A stretch of DNA of 64,000 nucleotides from an uncultured Acidobacteriota bacterium (GTDB taxonomy: Bacteria; Acidobacteriota; Thermoanaerobaculia; Gp7-AA8), in NCBI GenBank assembly GCA_963793695.1, contig CAWCBB010000016.1:132550-196549 (forward strand), read 5' to 3'. A program made the translations under genes and the position numbers. The notes below the pieces were generated by a model. The model worked only from the letters and a program-made list of their open reading frames with translations, was not told the origin of the DNA and searched no databases. Each line of letters starts with the position of its first letter. Position 1 is the first letter of the stretch. Below are positions 1 through 8,948 of the stretch, piece by piece.

Positions 1-182
1 CGCTCGATGCGCTCGATCGAGATCTCGACGTGGCCTCCCGCCGCGAGCGTCAGGCGGGCCACGTTGGCAGTCACCTCGTACGCGGCGAGCTTGAGCGTGC
101 GGCCGTTGACGAGGAGGGCGATCTCCGCCTGAGCGGAGGTCGCGGCGAGCGCGAGCGTGGCGGCGAGGAGGGCGCGTTTCAT
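1..182 (-). CDS. exported protein, N-terminal fragment (gene continues past window start)
   Basis: Minus-strand ATG at 182..180 reads MKRALLAATLALAATSAQA/EIALLVNGRTLKL..., a Sec-type signal peptide with an AxA site. The frame is open to position 1 with GC3-rich codons. Absent from the ORF track because it is truncated. Confidence 0.5.
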   Translation of the reverse strand, partial: MKRALLAATLALAATSAQAEIALLVNGRTLKLAAYEVTANVARLTLAAGGHVEISIERIE

Positions 183-267
183 CTTGATGTAGGACCGTTG
201 GGGAGGGCCGCAGGTTACGGAAGCTAACGGGACCTGCGGGGAGATTATGCCATTCCTGTCCTGTCCG

Positions 268-1222
268 CCGGAGGCGTTGACCGTTCTCCGTTGACCGTTG
301 ACCGTTCTCCGTTCTCCGGTCTCCGCTGAAAATGGGGTGAGGCTGCGCGAGGGCTGGAGGCGCGAAGCCGTTTTCGCGGAGGCGTTCTCCGTTCTTCGTT
401 GTCCGTTCTCCGCGGCAAATGGGGTGAGGCTGCGCGAGGGCTGGAGGCGCGAAGCGCCGCGATATTGGTAGCACCCGGCGTCAGCCGGGTGAACGTGTCG
501 CCTCAGGCGGATCCGAGCGCGCAGCGGCGGACACTGCCGCCGCTGACGCGGCTCATCTTGGTGCAGCTCTCTCACACCGGCCCGCCGGAGGCGTTCTCCG
601 TTCTCCGTTCTCCGTTCGCGCAAATGGGGTGAGGCTGCGCGAGGGCTGGAGGCGCGAAGCGCCGCGATATTGGTAGCACCCGGCGTCAGCCGGGTGAACG
701 TGTCGCCTCAGGCGGATCCGAGCCGCGCAGCGGCGGCACAATCTGCCGCCGCTGACGCGGCTCATCTTGGTGCAGCTCTCTCACACCGGCCCGCCGGAGG
801 CGTTCTCCGTTCTCCGTTCTCCGTTCTCCGCGGCAAATGGGGTGAGGCTGCGCGAGGGCTGGAGGCGCGAAGCGCCGCGATATTGGTAGCACCCGGCGTC
901 AGCCGGGTGAACGTGTCGCCTCAGGCGGATCCGAGCCGCGCAGCGGCGGCACAATCTGCCGCCGCTGACGCGGCTCATCTCGGTGCAGCTCTCTCACACC
1001 GGCCCGCCGGAGGCGTTCTCCGTTCTCCGTTCTCCGTTCTCCGCGGCAAATAGGGTGAGGATGCGCGAGGGCTGGAGGCGCGAAGCGCCGCCATATTGGT
1101 AGCACCCGGCGTCAGCCGGGTGAACGTGTCGCCTCAGGCGGATCCGAGCCGCGCAGCGGCGGCACAATCTGCCGCCGCTGACGCGGCTCGTTGTTCTCGG
1201 TGCGGCTCTCTCACACCGGCCT
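268..1222. repeat. tandem array of a ~208-216 bp unit (1 truncated + 4 full copies)
   Basis: Unit starts (CCGGAGGCGTTCTCC...) are at 268, 377, 585, 794 and 1007. Units 3 and 4 are almost identical. Each unit has a short (GTTCTCC)n block, GCAAATGGGGTGAGGCTGCGCGAGGGCTGGAGGCGCGAAGC, and the strong stem GCAGCGGCGGCA-caatc-TGCCGCCGCTG. Track ORFs here (e.g. 670..1053) only read the repeat. Confidence 0.9.
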
Positions 1223-1278
1223 GACGGCCGGTGCTACCAATGTGGTGCCGCTTCGCGGCGCACGCCGGATCGTGCCGC

Positions 1279-1467
1279 GGAGAACGAAGACCGAAGAACG
1301 AAGAACAGAGAACGAAGAACGGAGAACGAAGACCGAAGAACGAAGAACAGAGAACGAAGAACGGAGAACGGAGAACGAAGAACGGAGAACGGAGAACGAA
1401 GAACGAAGAACGGAGAACGGAGAACGAAGAACGGAGAACGGAGAACGAAGAACGGAGACCGAAGAAC
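1279..1467. repeat. 27-unit heptamer array (GGAGAAC/GAAGAAC/AGAGAAC/GAAGACC), right arm of the 268-1467 element
   Basis: Counted by eye as 27 consecutive 7-nt units (189 bp) with higher-order 42-bp and 21-bp periodicity. It is the reverse complement of the (GTTCTCC)n blocks in the tandem units and abuts the xerD stop codon. Confidence 0.9.
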
Positions 1468-1471
1468 GCCC

Positions 1472-2413
1472 CTACGCCCTGGGATGGAACTGGTCGTAGA
1501 TCTTCTGCAGGCGGGCGCGGGTGACGTGCGTGTAGATCTGTGTGGTCGAGATGTCGGAGTGGCCGAGCATCATCTGGACGCTCCGGAGGTCGGCCCCGTT
1601 CTCGAGCAGATGCGTCGCGAAGGAGTGGCGGAGGACGTGGGGCGAGATGTGGGAGGTGACCCCGGCCGCGCGCGCGTATTTTTCGATCTTGAGCCAGATC
1701 GACTGCCTCGAGAGCGGCCGGCCGCGGATGCTCAGAAAGAGCGCCGGGTCGCCGTAGCGGTCGAGCTCCCCCCGCCCCTTCTCCATCCATTCGAGGATGG
1801 CGTCGCGCGCGGCGTCGCCGAAGGGGACGATCCGCTCCTTCGAGCCCTTCCCGATCGTCCGGAGGAAGCCCGCGTCGAGCACCAGATCGTCGATCCGGAT
1901 CCGAATCAGCTCGCTCACGCGCAGGCCCGTCGCGTAGAGGATCTCGAGCATCGCCTTGTCGCGGAGCCCCAGCGGCGTCGACACGTCGGGAGCCCGGAGC
2001 AGCGCCTCCACCTCGGAGGGGAGGATCGACTTGGGCAGCGACCCCCACAGCTTCGGATTGTCGATGTTCTCGGTCGGATCCGCTTTCAGGTGGCGCTCGG
2101 CCGTCAGGAACCGGTAGAGCCCACGGATCGCGGCGAGAGCGCGCGCGACCGAGCGCGCGGAGATGCCGGCTCCGCGCAGCGCCTGGAAGTAGCGCACGAG
2201 GTTGACCCGCTCGACCTCCTCGAGCGCGAGCTTCTGCTCGCCGAGCCAGTGGCCGAAATGGCGCAGGTCGGCGGCGTACGCCTTGATCGAATTGCCCGCG
2301 AGCCCCTTCTCGACCGCGAGGTAGTCGAGATACATCGGGAGCCACGTGACGAAGAACGGCCCGGCCTCCTTTTTCTCAGGGTCGATCGTTCGCGGGTGGC
2401 GGAGGCGGGGCAT
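1472..2413 (-). CDS. xerD: site-specific tyrosine recombinase XerD/XerC family
   Basis: ORF 1472..2479. Product carries an N-terminal core-binding domain and catalytic-domain motifs (ATGLRVSEL, HVLRHSFATHLL, LGHSDISTTQIYTHV). Start moved to ATG 2413 (MPRLRHP...) because upstream codons lie in the GAGTCGG repeat. Confidence 0.9.
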   Translation of the reverse strand: MPRLRHPRTIDPEKKEAGPFFVTWLPMYLDYLAVEKGLAGNSIKAYAADLRHFGHWLGEQKLALEEVERVNLVRYFQALRGAGISARSVARALAAIRGLYRFLTAERHLKADPTENIDNPKLWGSLPKSILPSEVEALLRAPDVSTPLGLRDKAMLEILYATGLRVSELIRIRIDDLVLDAGFLRTIGKGSKERIVPFGDAARDAILEWMEKGRGELDRYGDPALFLSIRGRPLSRQSIWLKIEKYARAAGVTSHISPHVLRHSFATHLLENGADLRSVQMMLGHSDISTTQIYTHVTRARLQKIYDQFHPRA

Positions 2414-2425
2414 GGAACGATTGTA

Positions 2426-2680
2426 GTCGGGAGTCGGGAGTCGGGAGTCGGGAGTCGGGAGGTGGGAGGTGGGAGTCATTCAACATTCAACATTCAACAT
2501 TCAACATTCCGGAGCCGCGGGGAACGTGAATGTTGAATGGTGAATGTTGAATGTTGAATGTTGAATGTAAAGTGAATGTTGAATGTTGAATGGATTGAAT
2601 GATTGAAGTGATGTTGAATGTTGATATGAAAACCCCGCCAGCCGGTCGCGGGGCCCCCTGACCCCTGACTTCCGACTGCC
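2426..2680. repeat. nested inverted-microsatellite hairpin (outer GTCGGGA arms, inner TCAACAT/ATGTTGA arms)
   Basis: Outer left arm (GTCGGGA)n is 2426-2476 and its imperfect complement CCCCTGACCCCTGACTTCCGACTGCC is 2654-2680. Inner left arm (CATTCAA)n is 2477-2510. The loop is CGGAGCCGCGGGGAAC. Inner right arm (GAATGTT)n is 2526-2626 (about 14 units against about 5). Confidence 0.85.
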
Positions 2681-3624
2681 TAGTGGTGGTACGCCTTTTC
2701 CCCCGCCTTCAGCCGGATCGGGAGCCTGTTCTGCCGCGGCGGCAGGGGGCAGGTCGCGAACTCGGTGAAGGCGCACGGCGGGTTGTAAGCCTTGTTGAAG
2801 TCGAGGATCGTCTTGCCGTCGGGTCCGGGCGGCTGGGCGTAGAGGTAGCGTCCCGCGCCGTACGTCTCGCCCCCGCTCGTCTCGTCCGCGAAGATCACGA
2901 AGAGCTCGTCCGATCCCTCTTCGAGGATCGGGTCGAGCCGGTACTCCTTCCCGTCGATCTCGAAGACGAGCGCCCCCGGAGAGGGGAGCGGTTCGACGAT
3001 GCCGACGATGTTGAGGATCGGGATCTGCTTGGGCGGGGTGTACGGCTCGAGACGCGCCTCGACGCGCCACTTCGGGTCCGTCGGGAAGTACTCGAGGCCG
3101 CGGAACGAGGTGAGCGCGGGATGCTCGCGGTCCCTCACGCGCACGCCGACGCGGTCGCCCCGCTCGATGACGAAGAACTGTACGGGTCCGACTTCGGCGA
3201 TCGTCGGCGCCCCGGACGTATCGGGCTTCATCTCGATCGTGCCCACGGGATTTCCCTCGACGGTCACGAACGCGCCGGGGGCGGTCGTCAGCGTCACGCT
3301 TCTGCCGCTCCGCGTGAGGGTTCCGGCCGTCTCGGGGGCCTTTCCTTCCGGCAGCCGGATCTGGCTCGCCGTCCCCGATCCGACGCTGCTCTCCCCCTCG
3401 TCGAGCCAGAAGAGCCCGGTGAGCGTGAGCCATCCCGTGTCGCGGAGCAGTCCCTTCGCGCGGCCAGCCTGCCACTCGCGGATCTCTTCCTTGTAAGAAG
3501 GAGCTCCCGGTCCTTTCCGGGCCTCGGCCTCGGCGGCGGTCGGTCCGGGACCCGCCTCGTATCGGCAGGAGGGGAGAAGGACGGCGAGAGCGAGCATCAC
3601 GATCAGGTTCGATTTCATCTGCAT
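2680..3624 (-). CDS. DUF1684-like lipoprotein
   Basis: ORF 2680..3702. Start placed at ATG 3624 (MQMKSNLIVMLALAVLLPSC, lipobox; GGAAGGA just upstream). The C-terminal FNKAYNPPCAFTEFATCPLPP region matches my recollection of DUF1684. The family call is from memory only. Confidence 0.65.
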   Translation of the reverse strand: MQMKSNLIVMLALAVLLPSCRYEAGPGPTAAEAEARKGPGAPSYKEEIREWQAGRAKGLLRDTGWLTLTGLFWLDEGESSVGSGTASQIRLPEGKAPETAGTLTRSGRSVTLTTAPGAFVTVEGNPVGTIEMKPDTSGAPTIAEVGPVQFFVIERGDRVGVRVRDREHPALTSFRGLEYFPTDPKWRVEARLEPYTPPKQIPILNIVGIVEPLPSPGALVFEIDGKEYRLDPILEEGSDELFVIFADETSGGETYGAGRYLYAQPPGPDGKTILDFNKAYNPPCAFTEFATCPLPPRQNRLPIRLKAGEKAYHH

Positions 3625-3676
3625 CCTTCCGGTCTCAGCGCGGCCGTGATGATATCGCGTCCGCCGCGCCGGAGGT

Positions 3677-5155
3677 TTGGCGAGAGCAGCGCAGCGTGTC
3701 ATATTCGCGCGCGTGGAGCGCCCGGCGGCCCGTCACGAGAGCAGCGCCCGCGGCGAAGCGGCGTGGGTCGCTGCGCTGACCCTCTTCACGGCTGCGCTTC
3801 GGCTGTGGGGGAGGGCGGCGTCGCCGTGGGACTGGGACGAGATCCAGTTCATGCAGGCTCTCCACGAGGTCGACGTCGCGGAGCATCAGCCGCATCCGCC
3901 AGGGTTCCCGGTCTTCATCCTCGCAGGCCGGATTGCGCGGCTCGTATTCCGCTCCGACTTCACCGCGCTCCAGTCGGTCTCGATCGCGTCGTCGGTCGCG
4001 CTGATCCCGATCCTCTGGTGGTTTCTCCGTGAGATCGGCGCGCCGCGGCTCGAGCGGACGATCGCGCTGTCGCTGTTCGCCGCCTTTCCGACCGTCGTGC
4101 TCTACTCGGGGACGGCATTCAGCGACGTCTTCAGCCTGACGCTGGCGCTCCTCTCGTGCAGCCTTCTCCTGTCCGTCCAGAGGCGTCCGTCGAATCTCCT
4201 GATGGGCGCGATCGTGGGCGGGATCGCCGCGGGCGTGCGCGCGCAGAATCTTCTCTTCATCGCGCCGCCCGCCTTCCTCGCGGCTCGCCGGGCGTGGCGA
4301 GAGCGAAAGCTGGGGCAACTGGCCGCCGCCGCCCTGACGGGAGCGGCGACGATCGCGTCGGCGTACGGGGCGGTCGCGATCGCGTCGGGCGGGGTCGGGC
4401 GGTATCTCGAAGCCGTGCGCGCCCACGCTGACTACATCAGGACGAACGATACATGGAGGGCGCCGGCGCGCCCTCCCCTTGATCGGCTCGTCGACGATTT
4501 CTTCGTGAAGTCGCTCGGCGCAGGGGATCTCAATTACCTTCTCGCGCTGCTCGCGGGGATCGGTCTCGCCGCCGCGCTCTATCGCCGCCGGCGGCACGTC
4601 GTCCTTCCGCTCCTCATCTTCGGCCCCTTCGCCGCCCTCGCGCTCACGAGCCTCGACCACTGGAGCGCGCGCCGGTTCATGCTTCCCTGCATCCCGTTCG
4701 TCGCTCTCGCCGTGGCCGAGGCGCTCGCGGTTCTCACGGAGGCGGCGGGTCGCCGTAGGAAGCTCGCCGCGGCGGTCGTGACCTCACTGCTCTGCGCGCT
4801 CCTTCTCGCTCGAACGGGTCGAGGGCTCGCGGTCGTGCGCGCAGCGATCTCACCGCCGGTCGCCGCCATGCGCGACCTGCGTATCCGGATGGAAACCGGC
4901 GCCGTGCCACACGCGTACGTCGAGCGAACGCTCACGCCCTTCGCGGAGTACTACCTCCCCGAGGAGAACGTGACGATTCTTCCGCCCGGCGGGCTCCCGT
5001 ACAACCCGTCGCCCGGCGTTCTCGTAGCCGAACGAGGGCTCGACGGAGCGGGAGCGATGAGGTACAGGGTCAGGCGCGATCCGCTCGAAAGCATCCTGAG
5101 GCACCGCTATTTCGAGGTATCCGTCATTCCTGTCCGCTCTCTGTCTCCGAGGTGA
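3677..5155 (+). CDS. polytopic membrane protein, GT-C (ArnT/PMT-like) glycosyltransferase candidate
   Basis: Intact 492-aa ORF (TTG start, uncertain) with many hydrophobic segments. An early loop motif WDWDEIQF...HPPGFP resembles the acidic DE loop of GT-C enzymes. Confidence 0.5.
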   Translation: MARAAQRVIFARVERPAARHESSARGEAAWVAALTLFTAALRLWGRAASPWDWDEIQFMQALHEVDVAEHQPHPPGFPVFILAGRIARLVFRSDFTALQSVSIASSVALIPILWWFLREIGAPRLERTIALSLFAAFPTVVLYSGTAFSDVFSLTLALLSCSLLLSVQRRPSNLLMGAIVGGIAAGVRAQNLLFIAPPAFLAARRAWRERKLGQLAAAALTGAATIASAYGAVAIASGGVGRYLEAVRAHADYIRTNDTWRAPARPPLDRLVDDFFVKSLGAGDLNYLLALLAGIGLAAALYRRRRHVVLPLLIFGPFAALALTSLDHWSARRFMLPCIPFVALAVAEALAVLTEAAGRRRKLAAAVVTSLLCALLLARTGRGLAVVRAAISPPVAAMRDLRIRMETGAVPHAYVERTLTPFAEYYLPEENVTILPPGGLPYNPSPGVLVAERGLDGAGAMRYRVRRDPLESILRHRYFEVSVIPVRSLSPR

Positions 5156-5198
5156 ACCACTTTGCGCGGGGAGAACGGGCCACGTAGGATACATTGCG

Positions 5199-7572
5199 AT
5201 GCGGGCAGAGACATCGAATCGCGGCGGCCTCGCGCGCGCCGCGGGCCGTGAGCTTCTCGTCTTTCTCGTCTTTCTTCTGCTCGCGATCGCGATGACATGG
5301 CCGTTGGCGCGCCACCTCGATCGCGCGCTGCCCGATCCGGGAGACCCCTACCTCAATACCTGGCTCCTGGAGTGGGTCCAGCACGCGACCCTCCACGGCG
5401 AGTCGGTCTGGGACCCGCCCATTTTTCATCCCTCCCGGCTCGCGCTGACGTTCAGCGAAAACATGCTTCTCGTCGGCTGGATTTTCCTTCCGGCGCGCCT
5501 CCTCGGCGCCGGCCCCGTCACCGTCTACAACCTCGCTACGCTCCTCGGGTTCGCGCTGACCGGGTACGGCGGGTACGCGATGGTCCGCGCGGCTCTCGGA
5601 TCCCTCCTTCCCGCGGTCGCGGGCGGGATCTTCTTCGCGTTCGTTCCCTACCGGTTCGATCAACTGCCGCATCTGCAGCACATCTGGGCCGGGTTCCTCG
5701 CGCTGCTGTTCGCGGCCGCGATCCACTACGTCAGGAGGCCGGGCTGGCGAAGCGGGATCCTTCTCGGCGCGGCGTTCCTCGCGAACGCCCTCACGAACCT
5801 CCACTGGTTCGCGTTCGGCGCGGTCGCCCTGGCCCTCGCGCTCCTCGTCGGCGCGGCTGATCGAGCGCCGCTGGAAGGAGATCCGGTTCTGGGTTCCGGC
5901 GGGCGCATCCCTCGCCCTCGCGATGGTCCTCCTGTTCCCGATGCTCCACGCCTATTCGGAGGCGAAGAAGATTCACGACCTGCGGCGGAAGCCCGAAGAA
6001 GTCCGGTTCTTTTCGGCGACGCCGGAAGACTGGCTCGTCCCGCCGGGACGGACGAGCGCCTACGCGAGTATGCCGGGGCGGGAGTTCCGTCTCGCCGAGC
6101 GGACGCTGTTCCCCGGATTTCTCGTCGTGCTCCTCTCGATCGCAGGGGTGATCGCGATCCGGCGTGAGGATCTCCCCTCTCCGCCGGAAGGCGAGGGGAC
6201 CGGTGAGATGAAAGCGCTGCCGCCGGTCGCCCTCCGGGCGGTCGAGGTGCTGCTCGCGGCGATGTTCGTGACGATCGTCGCTCGTGCGGACGTCACTCCG
6301 ATGGGCGAGGCGAACCGGCTGCGGTTCGACTTCGAGCCGAGACTCACTCTCGCGGCCTTCGCGCTCCTCGGGTTTCGTCTCCTCGCGATCGGAGGATGGG
6401 CGCCGCTGCGATGGGCGCGGCGCCGCTTCTCCTCCGGCGTCTGGATCGGGATGGCCCTCATCCCCCTCGGGTTTCTCGGTTCGCTCGGCCTCAACTCGTG
6501 GTTCCACACGTTTCTATTCGACGTCTTCTCTCAATTCCGCGGCATTCGCGCCCCGGCGCGCTGGGCCGTCATCGCGTACGCCGGCCTCGCGATCACCGCG
6601 GCGCTCGCCCTCCAGGCGATGCGGCGCTGGCCGCGCCGCCAGGGCGCCGTCGCATCGATCGCCGTCATCGTGCTGCTGCTCGTCGAGCTCGATCCGGGAC
6701 ACCTCCGCTGGTATCTCGTGCAGCCGGAGAAGCCGGAGGTGTACGCCTGGCTGAAGACGGCTCCGTTCCGGGGAGCCGTGGTCGAGCTGCCGATGGAGAG
6801 GCCGGAATGGGAGATGGCTCATCTCTTCATGGCGACCGAGCACCACAGGCCGCTGGTCAACGGATTCTCCGGATACGATCCGCTCCCGCACCGGGAGATC
6901 GCGGCATGGAGTGCTTCCGACCCGATCGATCCCGCGCTCCTCGGACGGCTCGAGTCGATCGGGACCTCGCTGATCGTCGTCCACGCGGACCAGCTCGCGA
7001 TGAAGCCGGATGAGCCGATCCGGACGTGGCTTCGCGCGGGAATCCGCCAGGGGCGGATCACATTCGTGAAGCACTTCGACGCCGACATCCAGGGGAGCTG
7101 GGTGTTCGCGCTGACGCGCGCGGAGCCGCTGGCCGCGACCTGGCGGGATCCGGAGCTCGCCGATCCGTCGGGGAGGACGCCGCTCCAGAACCTCCGGGAC
7201 TTTCTCCGAGGCGAAGGGTTCGCCCTCACGCGCAGGCCGGCGGGCTACATCGGGCAGCTCGAACAGAACACGGGAACCGATGCGCTGCTCGTCTCCGGAT
7301 GGGCGGGCTCGCTCGCGGGGATCCGATCGGTCGAGCTTCTCTTCGACGGGGAGACGGTGCGCTACGAGGCGAATCTCGGAACGAGGCCCGACGTCGAACG
7401 AAAGATGCCCTGGTACGCAGGAGGGAAGGCGGTCCATTTCGAGCGCAGGTTCGAGCGGTGGCCGCGGGGCGTGCACCTCCATACGGACCTGATCGTCAGG
7501 ATCACGGATCGCGAAGGGCGCGTCCGCCATCTGGAGCAGCGGTGGCTCGATCGCGAGCGGCCCGATCGATGA
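5199..7572 (+). CDS. large polytopic membrane protein (putative GT-C-type glycosyltransferase), one frame break near 5850
   Basis: ORF 5199..6167 (N-terminal LPDPGDPYLNTWLLEW plus many TM segments) continues in ORF 5923..7572. Frame +1 already reads ARLIERRWKEIRFWVPAG from 5851. The soluble C-terminal domain is about 350 aa. Function is inferred from topology only. Confidence 0.5.
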
Positions 7573-8858
7573 CGCCGGCCGCGGGAGCGCAGCCGCGGAA
7601 GCGGGCGGCGGGACTGCTCGCCGCGGCGTTCGTCCTCCACATCCTTCCGTTCGCGGTCCGCCCCGCGCTCATCGGCGGCGACGAGCCGCATTACGCGCTG
7701 ATGGCTCACTCGATCGCGATCGACTTCGACGTCGCTTTGCGCGACGAGTACGAGGATGTCGCGCGCGGCTCGGCCGCGGCGGGAAGGAAGCGGAGGGGAG
7801 AGTCGCTCGAGCTCCATCTCCGTCGGGTCGGCCGGGCGGAGGTCTTCTCGCATCCACTGGGGCTGCCGGCCCTCCTCGCTCCGATCGCGGCCGTGCAGCA
7901 GAAGGTCGCTCCCGGGTCGGCTCCCGACATCCCGTTCGGGCTCACGGCGCTCCTCGTCACGTTCGCGGCGCTCGTCGCCGGCGCACGCCTCCTCGCGCGG
8001 GTGACGGGCAGCCGGCGGGAGGCGGGGCTGCTGCTGTTCGGGATCTACTTCGCTTCGCCGCTCTGGTTCTACAGCCGGACGATCTTCACCGAGCCGTTCA
8101 TCTGGGCGTTCGGGGTCCTCGCGGTCGCGTCGATCGCGGCGGGCGGCTTCGGAGTGGCGTCGCTCCTGCTGGGGTTCGCGCTCGCGATGAAGGAGACGGC
8201 GCTCCTCGTCGTGGCCCCGATCGTCGTCGCGTCCGCGGTTCGCTTCGGCTGGAGGAAGGCGGCGGTTCTTTCGGCCGGACCGCTCGCGTATGCGGCGGCG
8301 TTCGCGGTGAAAAACGTCCTCACCGTCGGGACGCCCTTCTCGACCTTTCAGCCGTTCCAGGCGGGGAACGTCGTTTCAGGCGCCGCCGGATTGATCGCCG
8401 ATCCGGCTCGCGGGCTCCTCTGGTTCGCGCCCCTGCTCCTTCTGGCGATCGCCGGATGGCTGGTCCCGCCTCGGGATCGCGCCGACCGCATCGCGGGATG
8501 GGCGAGCGCGGCGATCTTCGTCGCGTATTTCGTCGTGACCGCGGCGTGGGTCGACTGGCGCGGCGGATCGTCGTACGGTCCGCGCCTGCTCGTCCCCGCT
8601 CTTCCCGCGCTCGCGGTTCCGCTCCTGCGGCTTCGTCGGGTGACGACCGGCCGCGCGTGGAGCCTCGGGCTCGCCGCCTTCGCCCTCGCGGGTTTCGTCG
8701 TGAACTGGTGCGCCGCGCTCGACCCGTTCACCGCTTTTTGGGGGCCGCGGGTGTTCGATCTCGTCGGGAAGAATCTACCTGGAGCGGCAGCGGGCCTGGT
8801 GATCGGGATCGTGATTCTTCATACGATCGCCAGACGCGATCCACCCTTGCTGCCGTAG
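7569..8858 (+). CDS. polytopic membrane protein, GT-C/ArnT-like (GGDEPHY motif)
   Basis: Real start ATG 7569 overlaps the upstream stop (ATGA). Product reads MTPAAGAQPRKR...LIGGDEPHYALMAHSIAIDFD followed by about 10 TM segments. The stop TAG 8856-8858 lies inside the REP-like element. Confidence 0.55.
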   Translation: MTPAAGAQPRKRAAGLLAAAFVLHILPFAVRPALIGGDEPHYALMAHSIAIDFDVALRDEYEDVARGSAAAGRKRRGESLELHLRRVGRAEVFSHPLGLPALLAPIAAVQQKVAPGSAPDIPFGLTALLVTFAALVAGARLLARVTGSRREAGLLLFGIYFASPLWFYSRTIFTEPFIWAFGVLAVASIAAGGFGVASLLLGFALAMKETALLVVAPIVVASAVRFGWRKAAVLSAGPLAYAAAFAVKNVLTVGTPFSTFQPFQAGNVVSGAAGLIADPARGLLWFAPLLLLAIAGWLVPPRDRADRIAGWASAAIFVAYFVVTAAWVDWRGGSSYGPRLLVPALPALAVPLLRLRRVTTGRAWSLGLAAFALAGFVVNWCAALDPFTAFWGPRVFDLVGKNLPGAAAGLVIGIVILHTIARRDPPLLP

Positions 8859-8948
8859 GGGCGCCCCGCGGGCGCCCGGACTTTCGATCCGCGCGAATCG
8901 AAAGTCCGGAAGGTCCGGGGGGTCCGGGCGGCCGCAGGCCGCCCCTAC
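8855..8948. repeat. REP-like compound palindrome (GTAGGGGCGCCC ... GGGCGGCCGCAGGCCGCCCCTAC)
   Basis: Outer GTAGGGG/CCCCTAC ends enclose three internal hairpins (GGGCGCCC-cgc-GGGCGCCC, GGACTTTCGAT...ATCGAAAGTCC, GGGCGGCC-gca-GGCCGCCC). It sits between convergent genes and contains both of their stop codons. Confidence 0.85.

Noticed and set aside
268-1467. Possible CRISPR array (regularly spaced repeats)
   Set aside because: The whole ~210-bp unit repeats, including the would-be spacers, so there are no unique spacers. The period is far too long and no cas genes are present. It is a tandem duplication plus a heptamer microsatellite.
670-1524. ORFs encoding repetitive peptides ([14 protein letters not shown]..., [12 protein letters not shown]..., SFNIQHSTFNI...)
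   Set aside because: They are translations of the heptamer arrays and tandem units. The same peptides appear in all frames and on both strands wherever the repeats occur.
1472-2680. xerD next to large repeats as a dif site, integron or recombination cassette
   Set aside because: There is no 28-bp dif-like XerC/XerD half-site pair and no attI/attC-like organisation or cassette ORFs. The neighbouring repeats belong to families spread across the whole window.
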